This document shows positions 48,075 through 58,184 of a stretch of DNA of 64,000 nt, piece after piece. The stretch comes from Verrucomicrobiota bacterium. GTDB lineage: Bacteria; Verrucomicrobiota; Verrucomicrobiia; Limisphaerales; JACPZS01. The stretch is from assembly GCA_016195385.1 (NCBI GenBank), contig JACPZS010000039.1:32507-96506 (forward strand). The letters are read 5' to 3'. A program made the position numbers and the translations under genes. Positions within the stretch are counted from its first letter, which is position 1. Each line of letters starts with the position of its first letter. The notes under the pieces are model-generated. The model saw only the letters and a list, made by a program, of their open reading frames with translations. It was not told the DNA's origin and did no database searches.

Positions 48075-48419
48075 CTATAAGAAGAACAGTTGGCTCCGGG
48101 TCTCGTCGGCCGAGTGGCTTTGCAAGAAGGCCAGGGTTTCCCGCAACAATCGCCCGACAGGTTTTTGGGCCGAAACGATGACGCCAAAATGCCCGCGACC
48201 CGCCCGCAGGAACTGCCCGTGCAACACGACAAACTCGCCGACGTTGAACGTCAGGAAGCAGCGGCCCTGCTGCACGGCGAACGCAAGTTGCGACAAGTCA
48301 TCCAGGCCGCGCCGTTCCGCTTCCCTCACATGCACCGCGTCGTATCCCCTGCCGCGCAAAGCGCCAGCCAGGGCCAGGTGGGTGTCCTCGTCGATGAGCA
48401 GCTTGATGTCGGCGGGCAT
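48075..48419 (-). CDS. DUF5615 family PIN-like toxin
   Basis: LLIDED, GYDAVHV, LTFNVGEF, HFGVIV. Confidence 0.85.
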   Translation of the reverse strand: MPADIKLLIDEDTHLALAGALRGRGYDAVHVREAERRGLDDLSQLAFAVQQGRCFLTFNVGEFVVLHGQFLRAGRGHFGVIVSAQKPVGRLLRETLAFLQSHSADETRSQLFFL

Positions 48420-48709
48420 CAGGCGAGTTGCTTGGCGAACTGCCCGGCCTGCTGTTTCCAGTGAGACACGTCACGGGCGCGTGCGATCTCGCGGTCGATC
48501 GCCTTCTGATGGTCGAAGTAGTAGGCCAGCGCGGCGTGGACCTGCCCCAGGGTCAGGTGCGGCAGCGTTTGAAGAATCTCATCGGGATTCATGCCCATCT
48601 GGTAGTAACCCGCCACGGCCCGAACGGAAGTGCGCGTGCCGGTGACGATCGGGATGCCTCCGAGAATCTTCGAGGCGCGGCTGATGTGGGGATAAGTTTT
48701 CGCTTTCAT
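48419..48709 (-). CDS. DUF433 antitoxin
   Basis: GGIPIVTGTRTSV, PHLTLGQVHAALAYY; 1-nt overlap with the toxin gene. Confidence 0.9.
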   Translation of the reverse strand: MKAKTYPHISRASKILGGIPIVTGTRTSVRAVAGYYQMGMNPDEILQTLPHLTLGQVHAALAYYFDHQKAIDREIARARDVSHWKQQAGQFAKQLA

Positions 48710-48778
48710 GGCTGAAAAATCTGGCGGCTCTCATGCCTCGGCAAAGAATACGCCATTCTGGTTGATTGGTGAAGATAA

Positions 48779-50125
48779 TCAAACCGCCAGCGGCTCAAAC
48801 AACTCATCCACCTTGCCGGTGCTGTCGGCGAACTTGTCGAGATGGACGCCGGCTTTGTCGAGCAGCGTCAGGTGGAGATTGGCCAGCGGGGTCGGCTTGG
48901 CATACTGGATGTGCCGCCCGCCTTTCATTCCGCCCGCCGCGCCACCGGCGACGAGGATTGGCAGATTCGAGTGGTCATGCACGTTGGGATTGCCGATGCC
49001 GCTGCCGTAGAGGCAGAGCGAATGATCGAGCAGCGTGCCGTTGCCTTCCTTGGTCGCCTTCAATTTCCCGAGGAACTCGGCGAAGAGCGAGACGTGGAAC
49101 TGATTGATCTTCGACATGCGCGCGATCTTGGCCGGGTCGTTGCCGTGGTGCGACAGCGGATGATGCGGATCGGGCACGCCGATCTCCGGGTAGGTGCGGT
49201 TGCTGGTCTCGCGCGCGAGCTGGAACGTGATGACGCGCGTCACGTCGCCCTGCCACGCCAGCACCTGCAAGTCGAACATCAGGCGCGCGTGGTCGGCATA
49301 CGCGGCGGGCACGCCCACCGGCCGGTCGAGGTCAGGCAGCGGATTGTTCGCGACGTCAGCCTCGGCTTTTTGAATGCGCCGCTCCACTTCGCGCACAGTG
49401 TCGAGATACTGCCCGATGCGGTCGCGGTCGCCGGGGCCAAGCTCGCGCTTGAGCCGCGAGAGGTCGTCGGTGAACGAGTCGAGCAGGCTCGCGCGCTTGC
49501 GCAACGCGGCCCGCCGTTCCGCCGCACTGCCGCCTTCACCGAACAAACTTTCAAACACGATGCGCGGATGCGCTTCGGCCGGGAGCGGCGTCGTGGGCGA
49601 CGACCAGGAAAGATTGTTGTGATAGACGCAAGCGTAGCCGTTGTCGCATTGGCCCACCAATTGGAGCAGGTCCATCGACAGTTCGAGCGACGGCAACTGC
49701 GTCTGCTGGCCGATCTGCTGCGCGGCAATCTGATCGACCGTCGTGCCGAGGTAGTAGTCCGTGCTTTCGGTCAGCTTCGCCTTGGCGGCGCTCAGGAAGG
49801 CGGAGTTCGACGTGGCATGGCTGCCGGGATACGCGTTCTGCAACTCCAGATTCGAGATCACCGTGACGTGTTCCTTGACCGGCGCGAGCGAACTGAGGAT
49901 GGGCGAAAGCTCGCCGAGCTTCGTCCCGCCTGGCGGCGTCCACCGGCTTTGGTCGCAGCCCATCGGCATGAAGACGAACCCGAGCCGGCGCACCGGATTG
50001 GCGGCGGTCTTCGCCAGCGGCGTCGCGGCGGGAACCATCGCCTCGAGCAGCGGCAACGCCATCGTGGCTCCCATGCCGCGCAGAAACGTCCGCCGCGGCA
50101 TGAACTTTTTCGTGATGAAACTCAT
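48779..50125 (-). CDS. DUF1552 family protein
   Basis: RRTFLRG..LPLLEAM, LPSLEL, HHPLSHH, TLLDHS, ANLHLTLL; RBS and ATG at 50125. Confidence 0.92.
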   Translation of the reverse strand: MSFITKKFMPRRTFLRGMGATMALPLLEAMVPAATPLAKTAANPVRRLGFVFMPMGCDQSRWTPPGGTKLGELSPILSSLAPVKEHVTVISNLELQNAYPGSHATSNSAFLSAAKAKLTESTDYYLGTTVDQIAAQQIGQQTQLPSLELSMDLLQLVGQCDNGYACVYHNNLSWSSPTTPLPAEAHPRIVFESLFGEGGSAAERRAALRKRASLLDSFTDDLSRLKRELGPGDRDRIGQYLDTVREVERRIQKAEADVANNPLPDLDRPVGVPAAYADHARLMFDLQVLAWQGDVTRVITFQLARETSNRTYPEIGVPDPHHPLSHHGNDPAKIARMSKINQFHVSLFAEFLGKLKATKEGNGTLLDHSLCLYGSGIGNPNVHDHSNLPILVAGGAAGGMKGGRHIQYAKPTPLANLHLTLLDKAGVHLDKFADSTGKVDELFEPLAV

Positions 50126-50156
50126 AATGTTTTCCTCATGGTGAACGGCACCAATT

Positions 50157-51179
50157 TCAGCGCGGTTTGTCCCGCAACGCAAAGTCGAATAACTCCGCCT
50201 CCGCCGGCATGGCCTGGGCGTGATGTTGAACCCAATCGGCAAGGTCGGAAATTTCCGGCAGTTGATCGGCGGGCAAGGCCATCGCGCCAAGCTTGAGCAA
50301 CTCCCTGTTCCCGCGCGGCACGCCGTCACCGTCGCGTGCCAGCACGGGACACCAATTTGCTTTTAGTGCTTCGACCGCGCCCGCCCATGTGCCGCCGGTT
50401 TGATGGTCGCTGCTCACCACGACGGCGAACTCAGCCAAACCGTAAACCAATTTGTTGCGCCCCATCGCCGCGCCGACGGAGAAACCGGCGGTTGGCGCAT
50501 AAGGCGTCATCAGCGCGAGCCGTTCGTCGAGCAGAAGCTGGCGCACGTCGGACTTGCGGATGGTTGCTTCCAGACTGTCGGCCAGGACGCCCAGGGCAAT
50601 GCCATCGGCTTCGAGCGCGCCATCCATCGCGAGGCGGTCCGTTCCCCGCGCGCCGCCGGAGACGACGGCCAGCTTCGCAGCCACGGCTTTGCGCCCGACT
50701 TCCTTGGCAAACGCCGCGCCTGCCTCATCAATGTTGCGCGAGCCGATCACCGCCACGCCGGCGCGGCGCAGCAAATGAATTTCGCCCGCGCCGAAAAGCA
50801 CCGTCGGCGCCTGGTGCTTCAACGTGTCGCGCAGCTTCGCCGGGTAACGCTCGTCCGCACGCGTCACGACCCACATGCCTTGCGAAAAAAGACTTTCCAA
50901 TTCCAACGCCTGCCGGCTGGCGCGGTCGAGTAAACGCACGATGCGTTCGGCTTCATCCGGCGGGACGGCCAGTTCGCGCGCCAGTTCGCTGGCGGCCCGT
51001 CCGTGCAACGCGGCCGGACGTTTGAGCGAACAAGCGGCGATTTTTTTCGCGAGCTGATTCCATTCGGCAAGTTTGAACGGACTCAGCCCTTCAGCCTCGG
51101 CGTTGTCCGGCAAACCGAACGCCGAACAGAGCGCCAGGAGCGCCTGCCCGTCGTCACTCAAATAATCATGTGCATTCAT
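50157..51179 (-). CDS. dprA: DprA/Smf-family protein (RqlI-like)
   Basis: YPAKL, VAVIGSR, VVSGGARGTD, AMGRNKLVYGL, GGTWAGA. Confidence 0.9.
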   Translation of the reverse strand: MNAHDYLSDDGQALLALCSAFGLPDNAEAEGLSPFKLAEWNQLAKKIAACSLKRPAALHGRAASELARELAVPPDEAERIVRLLDRASRQALELESLFSQGMWVVTRADERYPAKLRDTLKHQAPTVLFGAGEIHLLRRAGVAVIGSRNIDEAGAAFAKEVGRKAVAAKLAVVSGGARGTDRLAMDGALEADGIALGVLADSLEATIRKSDVRQLLLDERLALMTPYAPTAGFSVGAAMGRNKLVYGLAEFAVVVSSDHQTGGTWAGAVEALKANWCPVLARDGDGVPRGNRELLKLGAMALPADQLPEISDLADWVQHHAQAMPAEAELFDFALRDKPR

Positions 51180-53364
51180 CAGCTTCCTCGCGGCGAGGCC
51201 TTGGCCAGCGCCAATGGATGGACCGGCCCGCTGCCATGCAGTCGTAGCATTACCGCAAGCAGCGTCAGCGTCCATCCTGAATCCACCATGTCGTCCACCA
51301 GCAACACCGGGCCGGACGGAATCACGTCTGCTCCGACGTGGCCGACGAGCCGTTCAGCACGCCAGACGGCTTGTTGCACGAAGCCGCCCGGTTTCTCGCG
51401 GGCGATCTCAAACGAACCGATCAAATTGCGGAGTTGCAACGCGGCGCTCTGCATTTCTTTTTGCGGCCGGTTCTCGCATCGTTTGTGAATGACCGGCAAG
51501 AACGGCACGCCCAACTTGTCCGCGAGCCTGCGCGCGAAGTCCGAAATCGGCGCCGGGTGCTTCAATGAGGGAACGGACGTGACCCATCCCGGCGGCGGAT
51601 CTGGTTTCCACTTTTCTCGAATCAGGCGCGCGGCCGCTTCCACCAGTTCTTCGCTGAACGATCCCGTTTCGTATTTGCCGCGCGCGACTTCACCGCCCCA
51701 ACCTGCGTCGCCGTAAATGCACAGCGCGCGACCTTCGGCGGCGCGAAGCGTGGCGGGAATCACCGTCTTGGGACGGCCACTGTCCTCGTAGCACTCGACG
51801 GCTTTCGGCAACGCCTTCTGAAGTTCTTCGAGCACCGGCATGGGCCAGCGCTCGCGCGGTTTGAGAATCAGCGCATCGCCGCGCAGAAACTCGACGGCTT
51901 GCTGCACCAGTTCGCGCGGCGGCGTCCGGCGCGAGGTCTGGCCCGCGCAGTTCATGCACCTGCCGCAGCGTGCCGGCGACGGGTCGTCCAGCGCGCGGGC
52001 GAGGAATTCCATCAAGCAGCCGGTGTGGCTGACGTAGCGGCGCATTTCCTCCAACTCGGCGCGGCGCAGCTTGGTCACTTGCTCCGCGCGCAACACCTCC
52101 GGCGTCCAGCGATTCGCCGTGCGCGACCATTTGGTTTTCTCGTGCGTCACCGCTCCGTCCACTTCGAGAAGCTTCAACGCCTTTTCGATGACGCCGCGCG
52201 GTTGGTTCAATTCTGCGCCGAGTTCCTCCTTCGAAAGTCCGGCGCTGCGTTCGAGCAGGCGGAGAATTGCTTCCATGATTTCAGCCGGTGGGAAGGCGGC
52301 GCGAATGAAGTAGTCGGAAATCTCGTCGTCCTCGCGGCCGTTGAGCAGAATGCCGAAGGCGCTCTCGACCGCGCGCCCGGCGCGACCCACCTGCTGATAA
52401 TACGCGACCACCGAGCCGGGACGTTGAAAGTGAATCACGAAGCCGAGGTCCGGCTTGTCGAAGCCCATGCCGAGCGCGACGGTGGCAACGAGAACTTTGA
52501 GCTGGTTGTCGAGCAACGCTTGTTCGGCTGCGATGCGTTCGCCCGCTTCCAGGTCGGCGTGATAGGCGCGGGCGGCGACGCCTTGTTGCGCGAGCCACGC
52601 CGCGACCCGCCGCGAATCCTGCACCGTGAGCGTGTATATGATGCCGCTGCCAGGCAACTGCGGCAGAAAATGCGCGAGCCACGCCAGCCGTTCGGCCTGG
52701 TCGTCGAGGCGGATGTTGAACAGTTTCAGCGACGGACGGATGAGCGGGCCGCGCACGACCTCCAGATTTGGAATCTGCGTTTGCACGTCCTCGACAACGC
52801 GATTGTTGGCCGTGGCCGTGGTGCAAATCGCCGGCACGCTCGCGGGCAGCAGGCGCATCACGCGGACGATGCGGCGGTAGTCGGGACGGAAATCGTGTCC
52901 CCAATCCGAAATGCAATGCGCCTCGTCCACGACGAGCAGGCCGATGTGTCCCTGGAACAACGGCAGCAGTCTTTGCATGAATTCCTGGTTGCCCAGCCGT
53001 TCCGGAGAAACCATGAGCAGGTCCACCTCATTGGCGCGCAGCGCGGATTCGACCTGCGGCCACTCTTCGAGGTTCTGGCTGTGAATGGCGGCGGCGCGCA
53101 GACCGATGCGTTCGGTGCGAGCAGTTGATTGCGCATCAGCGCCAGCAGCGGACTGACCAGCAGCGTCGGGCCGGCGCCGCCGTCGCGCAGAATTTTGGCG
53201 GCGAGAAAATAGACGATGCTCTTGCCCCAGCCGGTGCGTTGCACCACAAGCACGCGCCGCCGCCGGTTGGCCGCGCAGTCGATGGCTTCCCATTGGCCGT
53301 CGCGAAAGTCCGCCTCGCGGCCGAGCATCCGCTGCAACAGCGAGCGCGCCTGGGCCTGGTCCAT
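51179..53364 (-). pseudogene. recQ: RecQ-like helicase with C-terminal PRTase domain (RqlH-like), 1-bp frameshift near 53115
   Basis: QRTGWGKS in ORF 52858..53364; VDEAHCISDWGHDFRPDY, QQVGRAGR, CGRCMNC and VLLVDDMVDSGWT in ORF 51179..53383. Confidence 0.88.
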
Positions 53365-53456
53365 GATGCGCGAGGATGGTCATTCTCCACTGGTTTGAAA
53401 AGCTTCAACGCGCGACCAGGAGGGACTGCGCAACCATGCTGTTCAGTCATGCCCCA

Positions 53457-55799
53457 TCACGGATTCGCTGTCTTCCTCATGGTGAACGGCACGCTGTTGA
53501 CGACTCCAAGAACGACGGACGAGAAACGAAAATCATTCGCCTGTGCGTCGTGGACAATTTTGCGGACGGCGGGCGCATCGGACGATTCGATGCCGCGGCC
53601 GAGCGCGAACGTGAGCAGCTTTTCCGTAAGTGTGCCGACAAAAAGCTCAGGGCGCTTGCGCAACCCGTCTTCGAGCGGGGCCACGCCGGTGAACTTGCTC
53701 CCGTCGGGCAGGCCGCCGCTCGCGTCGATGGGCTGGCCGTCTTCCGTCGTGCGCCAGCGGCCGATGGCGTCGTAGTTCTCCAGCGCGAAGCCGACGGGAT
53801 CCATGAGGTTGTGGCAGCTCGCGCACGCGGCGTTGGCGCGGTGCTCGGCCAGTCGCGCGCGCACGGAGAGGCTGGCCGACACCGTGTTATCTTTCAGCGC
53901 CGGCACGTCGGGCAGCGGCGGCGGCGGCGGCGCGCCGATGATGTTGTCCAGAACCCACTTGCCGCGAATCACCGGCGAAGTGCGCGTGGCGTACGACGTC
54001 ACCGTGAGAATGCTGCCCTGCCGAAGCAACCCGCCGCGCTCGCTGTTCTTGCCCAGGGTGACGCGACGGAACTGGCTGCCGTACACGTTGGGAATTCCGT
54101 AGTGCTTCGCGAGTCGCTCGTTGAGGAACGTGTGGTCGGCTTTGAGCAAGTCGAGCACGCTGCGATCTTCGCGCAGCATCGTCTCGAAGTGCAGCTCGGT
54201 CTCGCGGCGGAAGGCCTGGCGCAAGTTGTCATCGAAGTCGGGGAAGAGCCGCAGGTCGGGCGTGATGGATTCGAGGTTGCGCAGGTAGAGCCATTGGTCG
54301 GCGAAGTTGCTGGCGAGATTCCCGGCGCGGGAATCGGCGAGCATCCGGCGCACTTGTTTCTCCAGCACCTTCGGCTTGTGCAGCTCGCCGCGCTCGGCGG
54401 TCGCGAGCAGTTCGTCGTCCGGGATACTGCTCCAAAGGAAGAACGAGAGCCGCGACGCCAGCGCTAGATCGCTGAGGCGGTACGCCGTGCCGGGCGCGAC
54501 GCCGTCGGGGTCCTGCTCGACGCGGAAAAGAAATTCGGGACTGACGAGCACGGCGCTCAACGCCGTTTCGATGCCGGCCTCGAAGCCATCCTCCGCTTTC
54601 GCCTTGCGGTAGAACTCCATCGGCCTCGCGAGATCGTCCTTGGTCACGGGCCGGCGATAGGCGCGGCGCATCAGGGTGCGAAGAATGTTTTCAGCGGCAG
54701 GCGCTTCCTGAATGAACCCGTTGGGCAGACTGCCAAATATCTTGCGTCGGCTCGGCGAGTCACCCGGCCCTTTCGAGTCGTACGGCCCGTTGATGGAAAC
54801 CTGGTAGATGGCCGGCGTCTGGCGCGGATGCCGGTGCGTGTTGTAATGAGCCTGATAGGGCTGGCGCTTCGTCTCGATGAGTGGCGAGGAATTCCTGAGA
54901 AACGTCACGCCAAGCTGGTGCGGCCCCGCCGTCACCGGCACGCGCACTTTCAAATGCGCATCCACCTTCTCGTAATTCTTGTCGCGGCCCGCCGGAGTCA
55001 CGGTGAAGAGCTGCACGCGCTCACGATCCAGCAGCACCTCCAACTCGTGCGGCTCGCGCAGGCCCTCGACCTCCTCGTTGCGGTCGCGCGTGAGGCGGAT
55101 TTGAATCTCATACTCGCCGTCACGCGGAAAAGTGTAGTTCAGCAACGTGCCGCCGCGCGTGCCGAGCGGCAGCCCCTCGACGTGCTCCTCCTGCGTCAGA
55201 TCGGGGCGAATGCGGAACGTGTCGCCGCCGGGTGCGCGTTGTGGCGCCCCGACGGCCAGCCGGGCGATCTTCCCGGCCGCGGAGATGTAGCGGTTCAACA
55301 GCGTCGGCGAAAGATCACCCACGGTCACGTTGTCGAAGCCGTGGCTCGCGTCGTCCTTCGGCAGCAGCGCCGCCGCGTCAATTTCCAGCGCGAGAAGGTC
55401 GCGAATGGCATTCTGGTATTCGGTCCGGTTCAGGCGCCGGAATGTTTCGGTGCGCCCGGGATTCGGATTCCTCGCCGCAGCGCGATCGAGCGGTGAGGCC
55501 AGTTTGGCCAGGACTTCATCGTAGGTTTTGTCCGCCGGCCGTTCCTTGCCGATCGGCGGCATCTGGCGCGCGCGCAGTTTACGGATGACATGCTCCCACT
55601 CCTCGGAATGTTTCGTGACGTCGTCGTGACTGATGTGCTCCAAATCAAGCCCGCCCTTCTTCACGTCCGCGTCGTGACAACTGACGCAATACTGGTTCAC
55701 GACTGACTTCACGGGCGTGGACAACGGAGTGAGCGGCTGTTGCGCCGCGGCGGCGGTGAAAATCGCCAGCAAAACCTGAACACCAGCGAGGACACCCAT
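53457..55799 (-). CDS. DUF1592/DUF1588/DUF1585/DUF1587/DUF1595 protein with heme c motifs
   Basis: CVSCH, RRLNRTEY, RLSFFLWSSIPD, TSPVIRGKWV, CASCH. Start uncertain. Confidence 0.92.
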   Translation of the reverse strand: MGVLAGVQVLLAIFTAAAAQQPLTPLSTPVKSVVNQYCVSCHDADVKKGGLDLEHISHDDVTKHSEEWEHVIRKLRARQMPPIGKERPADKTYDEVLAKLASPLDRAAARNPNPGRTETFRRLNRTEYQNAIRDLLALEIDAAALLPKDDASHGFDNVTVGDLSPTLLNRYISAAGKIARLAVGAPQRAPGGDTFRIRPDLTQEEHVEGLPLGTRGGTLLNYTFPRDGEYEIQIRLTRDRNEEVEGLREPHELEVLLDRERVQLFTVTPAGRDKNYEKVDAHLKVRVPVTAGPHQLGVTFLRNSSPLIETKRQPYQAHYNTHRHPRQTPAIYQVSINGPYDSKGPGDSPSRRKIFGSLPNGFIQEAPAAENILRTLMRRAYRRPVTKDDLARPMEFYRKAKAEDGFEAGIETALSAVLVSPEFLFRVEQDPDGVAPGTAYRLSDLALASRLSFFLWSSIPDDELLATAERGELHKPKVLEKQVRRMLADSRAGNLASNFADQWLYLRNLESITPDLRLFPDFDDNLRQAFRRETELHFETMLREDRSVLDLLKADHTFLNERLAKHYGIPNVYGSQFRRVTLGKNSERGGLLRQGSILTVTSYATRTSPVIRGKWVLDNIIGAPPPPPLPDVPALKDNTVSASLSVRARLAEHRANAACASCHNLMDPVGFALENYDAIGRWRTTEDGQPIDASGGLPDGSKFTGVAPLEDGLRKRPELFVGTLTEKLLTFALGRGIESSDAPAVRKIVHDAQANDFRFSSVVLGVVNSVPFTMRKTANP

Positions 55800-55994
55800 T
55801 CCCCGTCGAGCCGGGCCGGCGCAAATCCGGGCGATGGGGAACTGGCTTTTCAAAGTGTTTGGAAGATGACGCGGCGCGTGATCCGGGACAAGCAGAAAGC
55901 CCGCCGCCGGATTCTTCCGCACCGGCGTGCCGGCGCATTTGTTCTTGGAGGAAGGAGAAAATCCAGCCAGCTTCCGAGCAAGAATCCAGATGCG

Positions 55995-58184
55995 ATGAGT
56001 GCGCCGGTCAAAACGACTCGCCGGAAGTTCGTCCAGAGTTCGGTGCTGGCCGTCGCCGGTGCGGCGCTCGGTGCGTTCGATGTGCGCCGCGCATTCGCCG
56101 CTGGCTCACCGCCCGCCCCCGACTGGGTGGACAGGCCGATGCGCTGGGCGCAGCTCACGCTCGTCGAGGATGACCCCGGCAAGTTCGATCCGCGGTTCTG
56201 GCTCGATTACTTCAAGCGTACGAAATCTGACGCGGTGTGCCTGAGCGCGGGCGGCTGCGTGGCGTATTATCCGACGACGGTTCCGTTTCATCATCGCAGC
56301 GCGTGGCTCGGAGAGCGCGACGTCTTTGGGGAACTCGTCGCGGGCTGCCGCAAGCTGGGCATGGTGGTGATCGCGCGCACCGATCCGCACGCGACGTACG
56401 ATGACGCGCAGCAGGCGCATCCAGAGTGGATCGCGGTTGAAGCCGATGGAAAGCCGCGGCGGCATTGGGCCTCGCCGGAGATGTGGGTCACGTGCGCGCT
56501 CGGCCCCTACAACTTCGAGTTCATGACCGGGGTGAAGCGCGAGATCATGTCGCGCTACCGCGTCGATGGCATTTTCATCAACCGCTGGGACGGCTCAGGC
56601 CAATGTTTTTGCGAGCACTGCCGGAAAAATTTCAAGGAAGCGACGGGGCACGAGCTGCCGCGCACGAGTGATCCGCAGAATCCCGCGCGGCGCGCTTACA
56701 TTCTCTGGCGTCAGCAGCGGCTCTTCGAGCTCTGGCAGCTTTGGGACCGCGAAGTGCGCGCCATCAATCCGAACTCGTGCGTGATTCCCAACACCGGCGG
56801 CGGCGCGACGAGTTCGCTGGACATGACGCGCATCGGCGAACTGGCGCCCACGCTCATCGCGGATCGACAGGCGCGGCGCGGTGTCACCGTGCCGTGGGCG
56901 AACGGGAAGAACGCGAAGGAATTTCGCGCCACGATGGGACGGAAACCAATCGTCGGCATCTTCAGCGTGGGACTCGAGGAGCCATACCGCTGGAAAGATT
57001 CGGTGCAGAACGCCGCCGAGTTCCAGCTTTGGGCCGCCGACGGCGTGGCGAATGATTTGCGCCCGTGGTTCACAAAATTTTCCGGCACGCTCCATGACGA
57101 GCGCTGGCTCAAGCCCATCGAACAACTCTACCGGCGTTACGCGAGCTGGGAGAAATATCTGCGCAACGAACGCCCGCTCGCACGCGTCGCGATCGTTTAC
57201 TCGCAGCAGACCGGCTGGTTCCACGGCGGCAGAATCGAGGATCACATCGACGGCTGGTATCAGGCCCTGATCGAGGCGCGCGTGCCATTTGAGATGGTTC
57301 ACGACCGCCTGCTCGACGCAGGCCGGCTCGCGGCGTTCCAGACGCTCATCCTCCCGAACACCGCCGCGCTTTCCGCCGCGCAGTGCAATCAACTGCGCGC
57401 GTTCGTGGAGCGCGGCGGCAGCCTCATTGCGACGCACGAGACGAGCCTTTGCGACGAATGGGGAGCGCGGCGAAAAAACTTCGGGCTGGCGGATTTGTTT
57501 GGCGCGGACTTCGCCGGGCGCACCGAGGCGCGGATGCAGAACGCCTACCTGCGGCTCGAACACGGGTCGAACCCGCGGCACCCGTTGCTGCGCGGACTGG
57601 AAGATGCGCCCCGCATCATCCACGGCGTGTCGCGCGTCGAGGTCACACCGCGCGGAAAATTCGCGAACGCGCCGCTGACGCTGATTCCGAGCTATCCCGA
57701 CCTGCCGATGGAAAAAGTTTTCCCGCGCGTGGAGAAGACTGATGTGGCGCAAGTATTCCTGCGGCAGGCCGGGAACGGCCGGGTGATTTATTTCCCGTGG
57801 GACATCGACCGCACGTTTTGGGAGGTGCTCTGCGTCGATCACTTCAAGCTGCTGCGCAACTCCGTCGAGTGGGCGACAAACGAAGCTCCTGTCGCGGAAG
57901 TCACCGGCCCCGGCGTGCTCGACGTGACGGTGTGGCGGCAGAAGCACTCCATGACGGTTCACCTCGTCAACCTCACGAACCCGATGATGATGAAAGGGCC
58001 GGTGCGCGAACTCATCGCGGTCGGATCACAACGCGTCCGCGTCCGCCTGCCCGCGGGCGCGAAGCCGGGGCGCGTTCACCTGCTCGCCGCCGGGAAAACC
58101 GTGAGCACCCGGCGTGACGGCGAATATCTCCTCGCGACCGTGCCATCCGTCTTCGATCATGAAGTTCTGGCCATCGATTTATGA
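55995..58184 (+). CDS. Tat-exported putative glycoside hydrolase (GHL6-like / beta-galactosidase trimerization domain)
   Basis: TRRKFV signal; TIM-barrel-like N-terminal region; LILPN...FVERGGSLIAT trimerization-type domain. Confidence 0.8.
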   Translation: MSAPVKTTRRKFVQSSVLAVAGAALGAFDVRRAFAAGSPPAPDWVDRPMRWAQLTLVEDDPGKFDPRFWLDYFKRTKSDAVCLSAGGCVAYYPTTVPFHHRSAWLGERDVFGELVAGCRKLGMVVIARTDPHATYDDAQQAHPEWIAVEADGKPRRHWASPEMWVTCALGPYNFEFMTGVKREIMSRYRVDGIFINRWDGSGQCFCEHCRKNFKEATGHELPRTSDPQNPARRAYILWRQQRLFELWQLWDREVRAINPNSCVIPNTGGGATSSLDMTRIGELAPTLIADRQARRGVTVPWANGKNAKEFRATMGRKPIVGIFSVGLEEPYRWKDSVQNAAEFQLWAADGVANDLRPWFTKFSGTLHDERWLKPIEQLYRRYASWEKYLRNERPLARVAIVYSQQTGWFHGGRIEDHIDGWYQALIEARVPFEMVHDRLLDAGRLAAFQTLILPNTAALSAAQCNQLRAFVERGGSLIATHETSLCDEWGARRKNFGLADLFGADFAGRTEARMQNAYLRLEHGSNPRHPLLRGLEDAPRIIHGVSRVEVTPRGKFANAPLTLIPSYPDLPMEKVFPRVEKTDVAQVFLRQAGNGRVIYFPWDIDRTFWEVLCVDHFKLLRNSVEWATNEAPVAEVTGPGVLDVTVWRQKHSMTVHLVNLTNPMMMKGPVRELIAVGSQRVRVRLPAGAKPGRVHLLAAGKTVSTRRDGEYLLATVPSVFDHEVLAIDL

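Larger units (their letters stand above)
50128..53492. mobile_element. About 3.3-kb inserted cassette flanked by 24-bp direct repeats
   Basis: TGTTTTCCTCATGGTGAACGGCAC (50128-50151) vs TGTCTTCCTCATGGTGAACGGCAC (53469-53492), 23/24 identical. Confidence 0.8.

Noticed and set aside
47970-48810. Direct repeat flanking the DUF433/DUF5615 pair
   Set aside because: Only a 7-bp match (CTCATCC), expected by chance.
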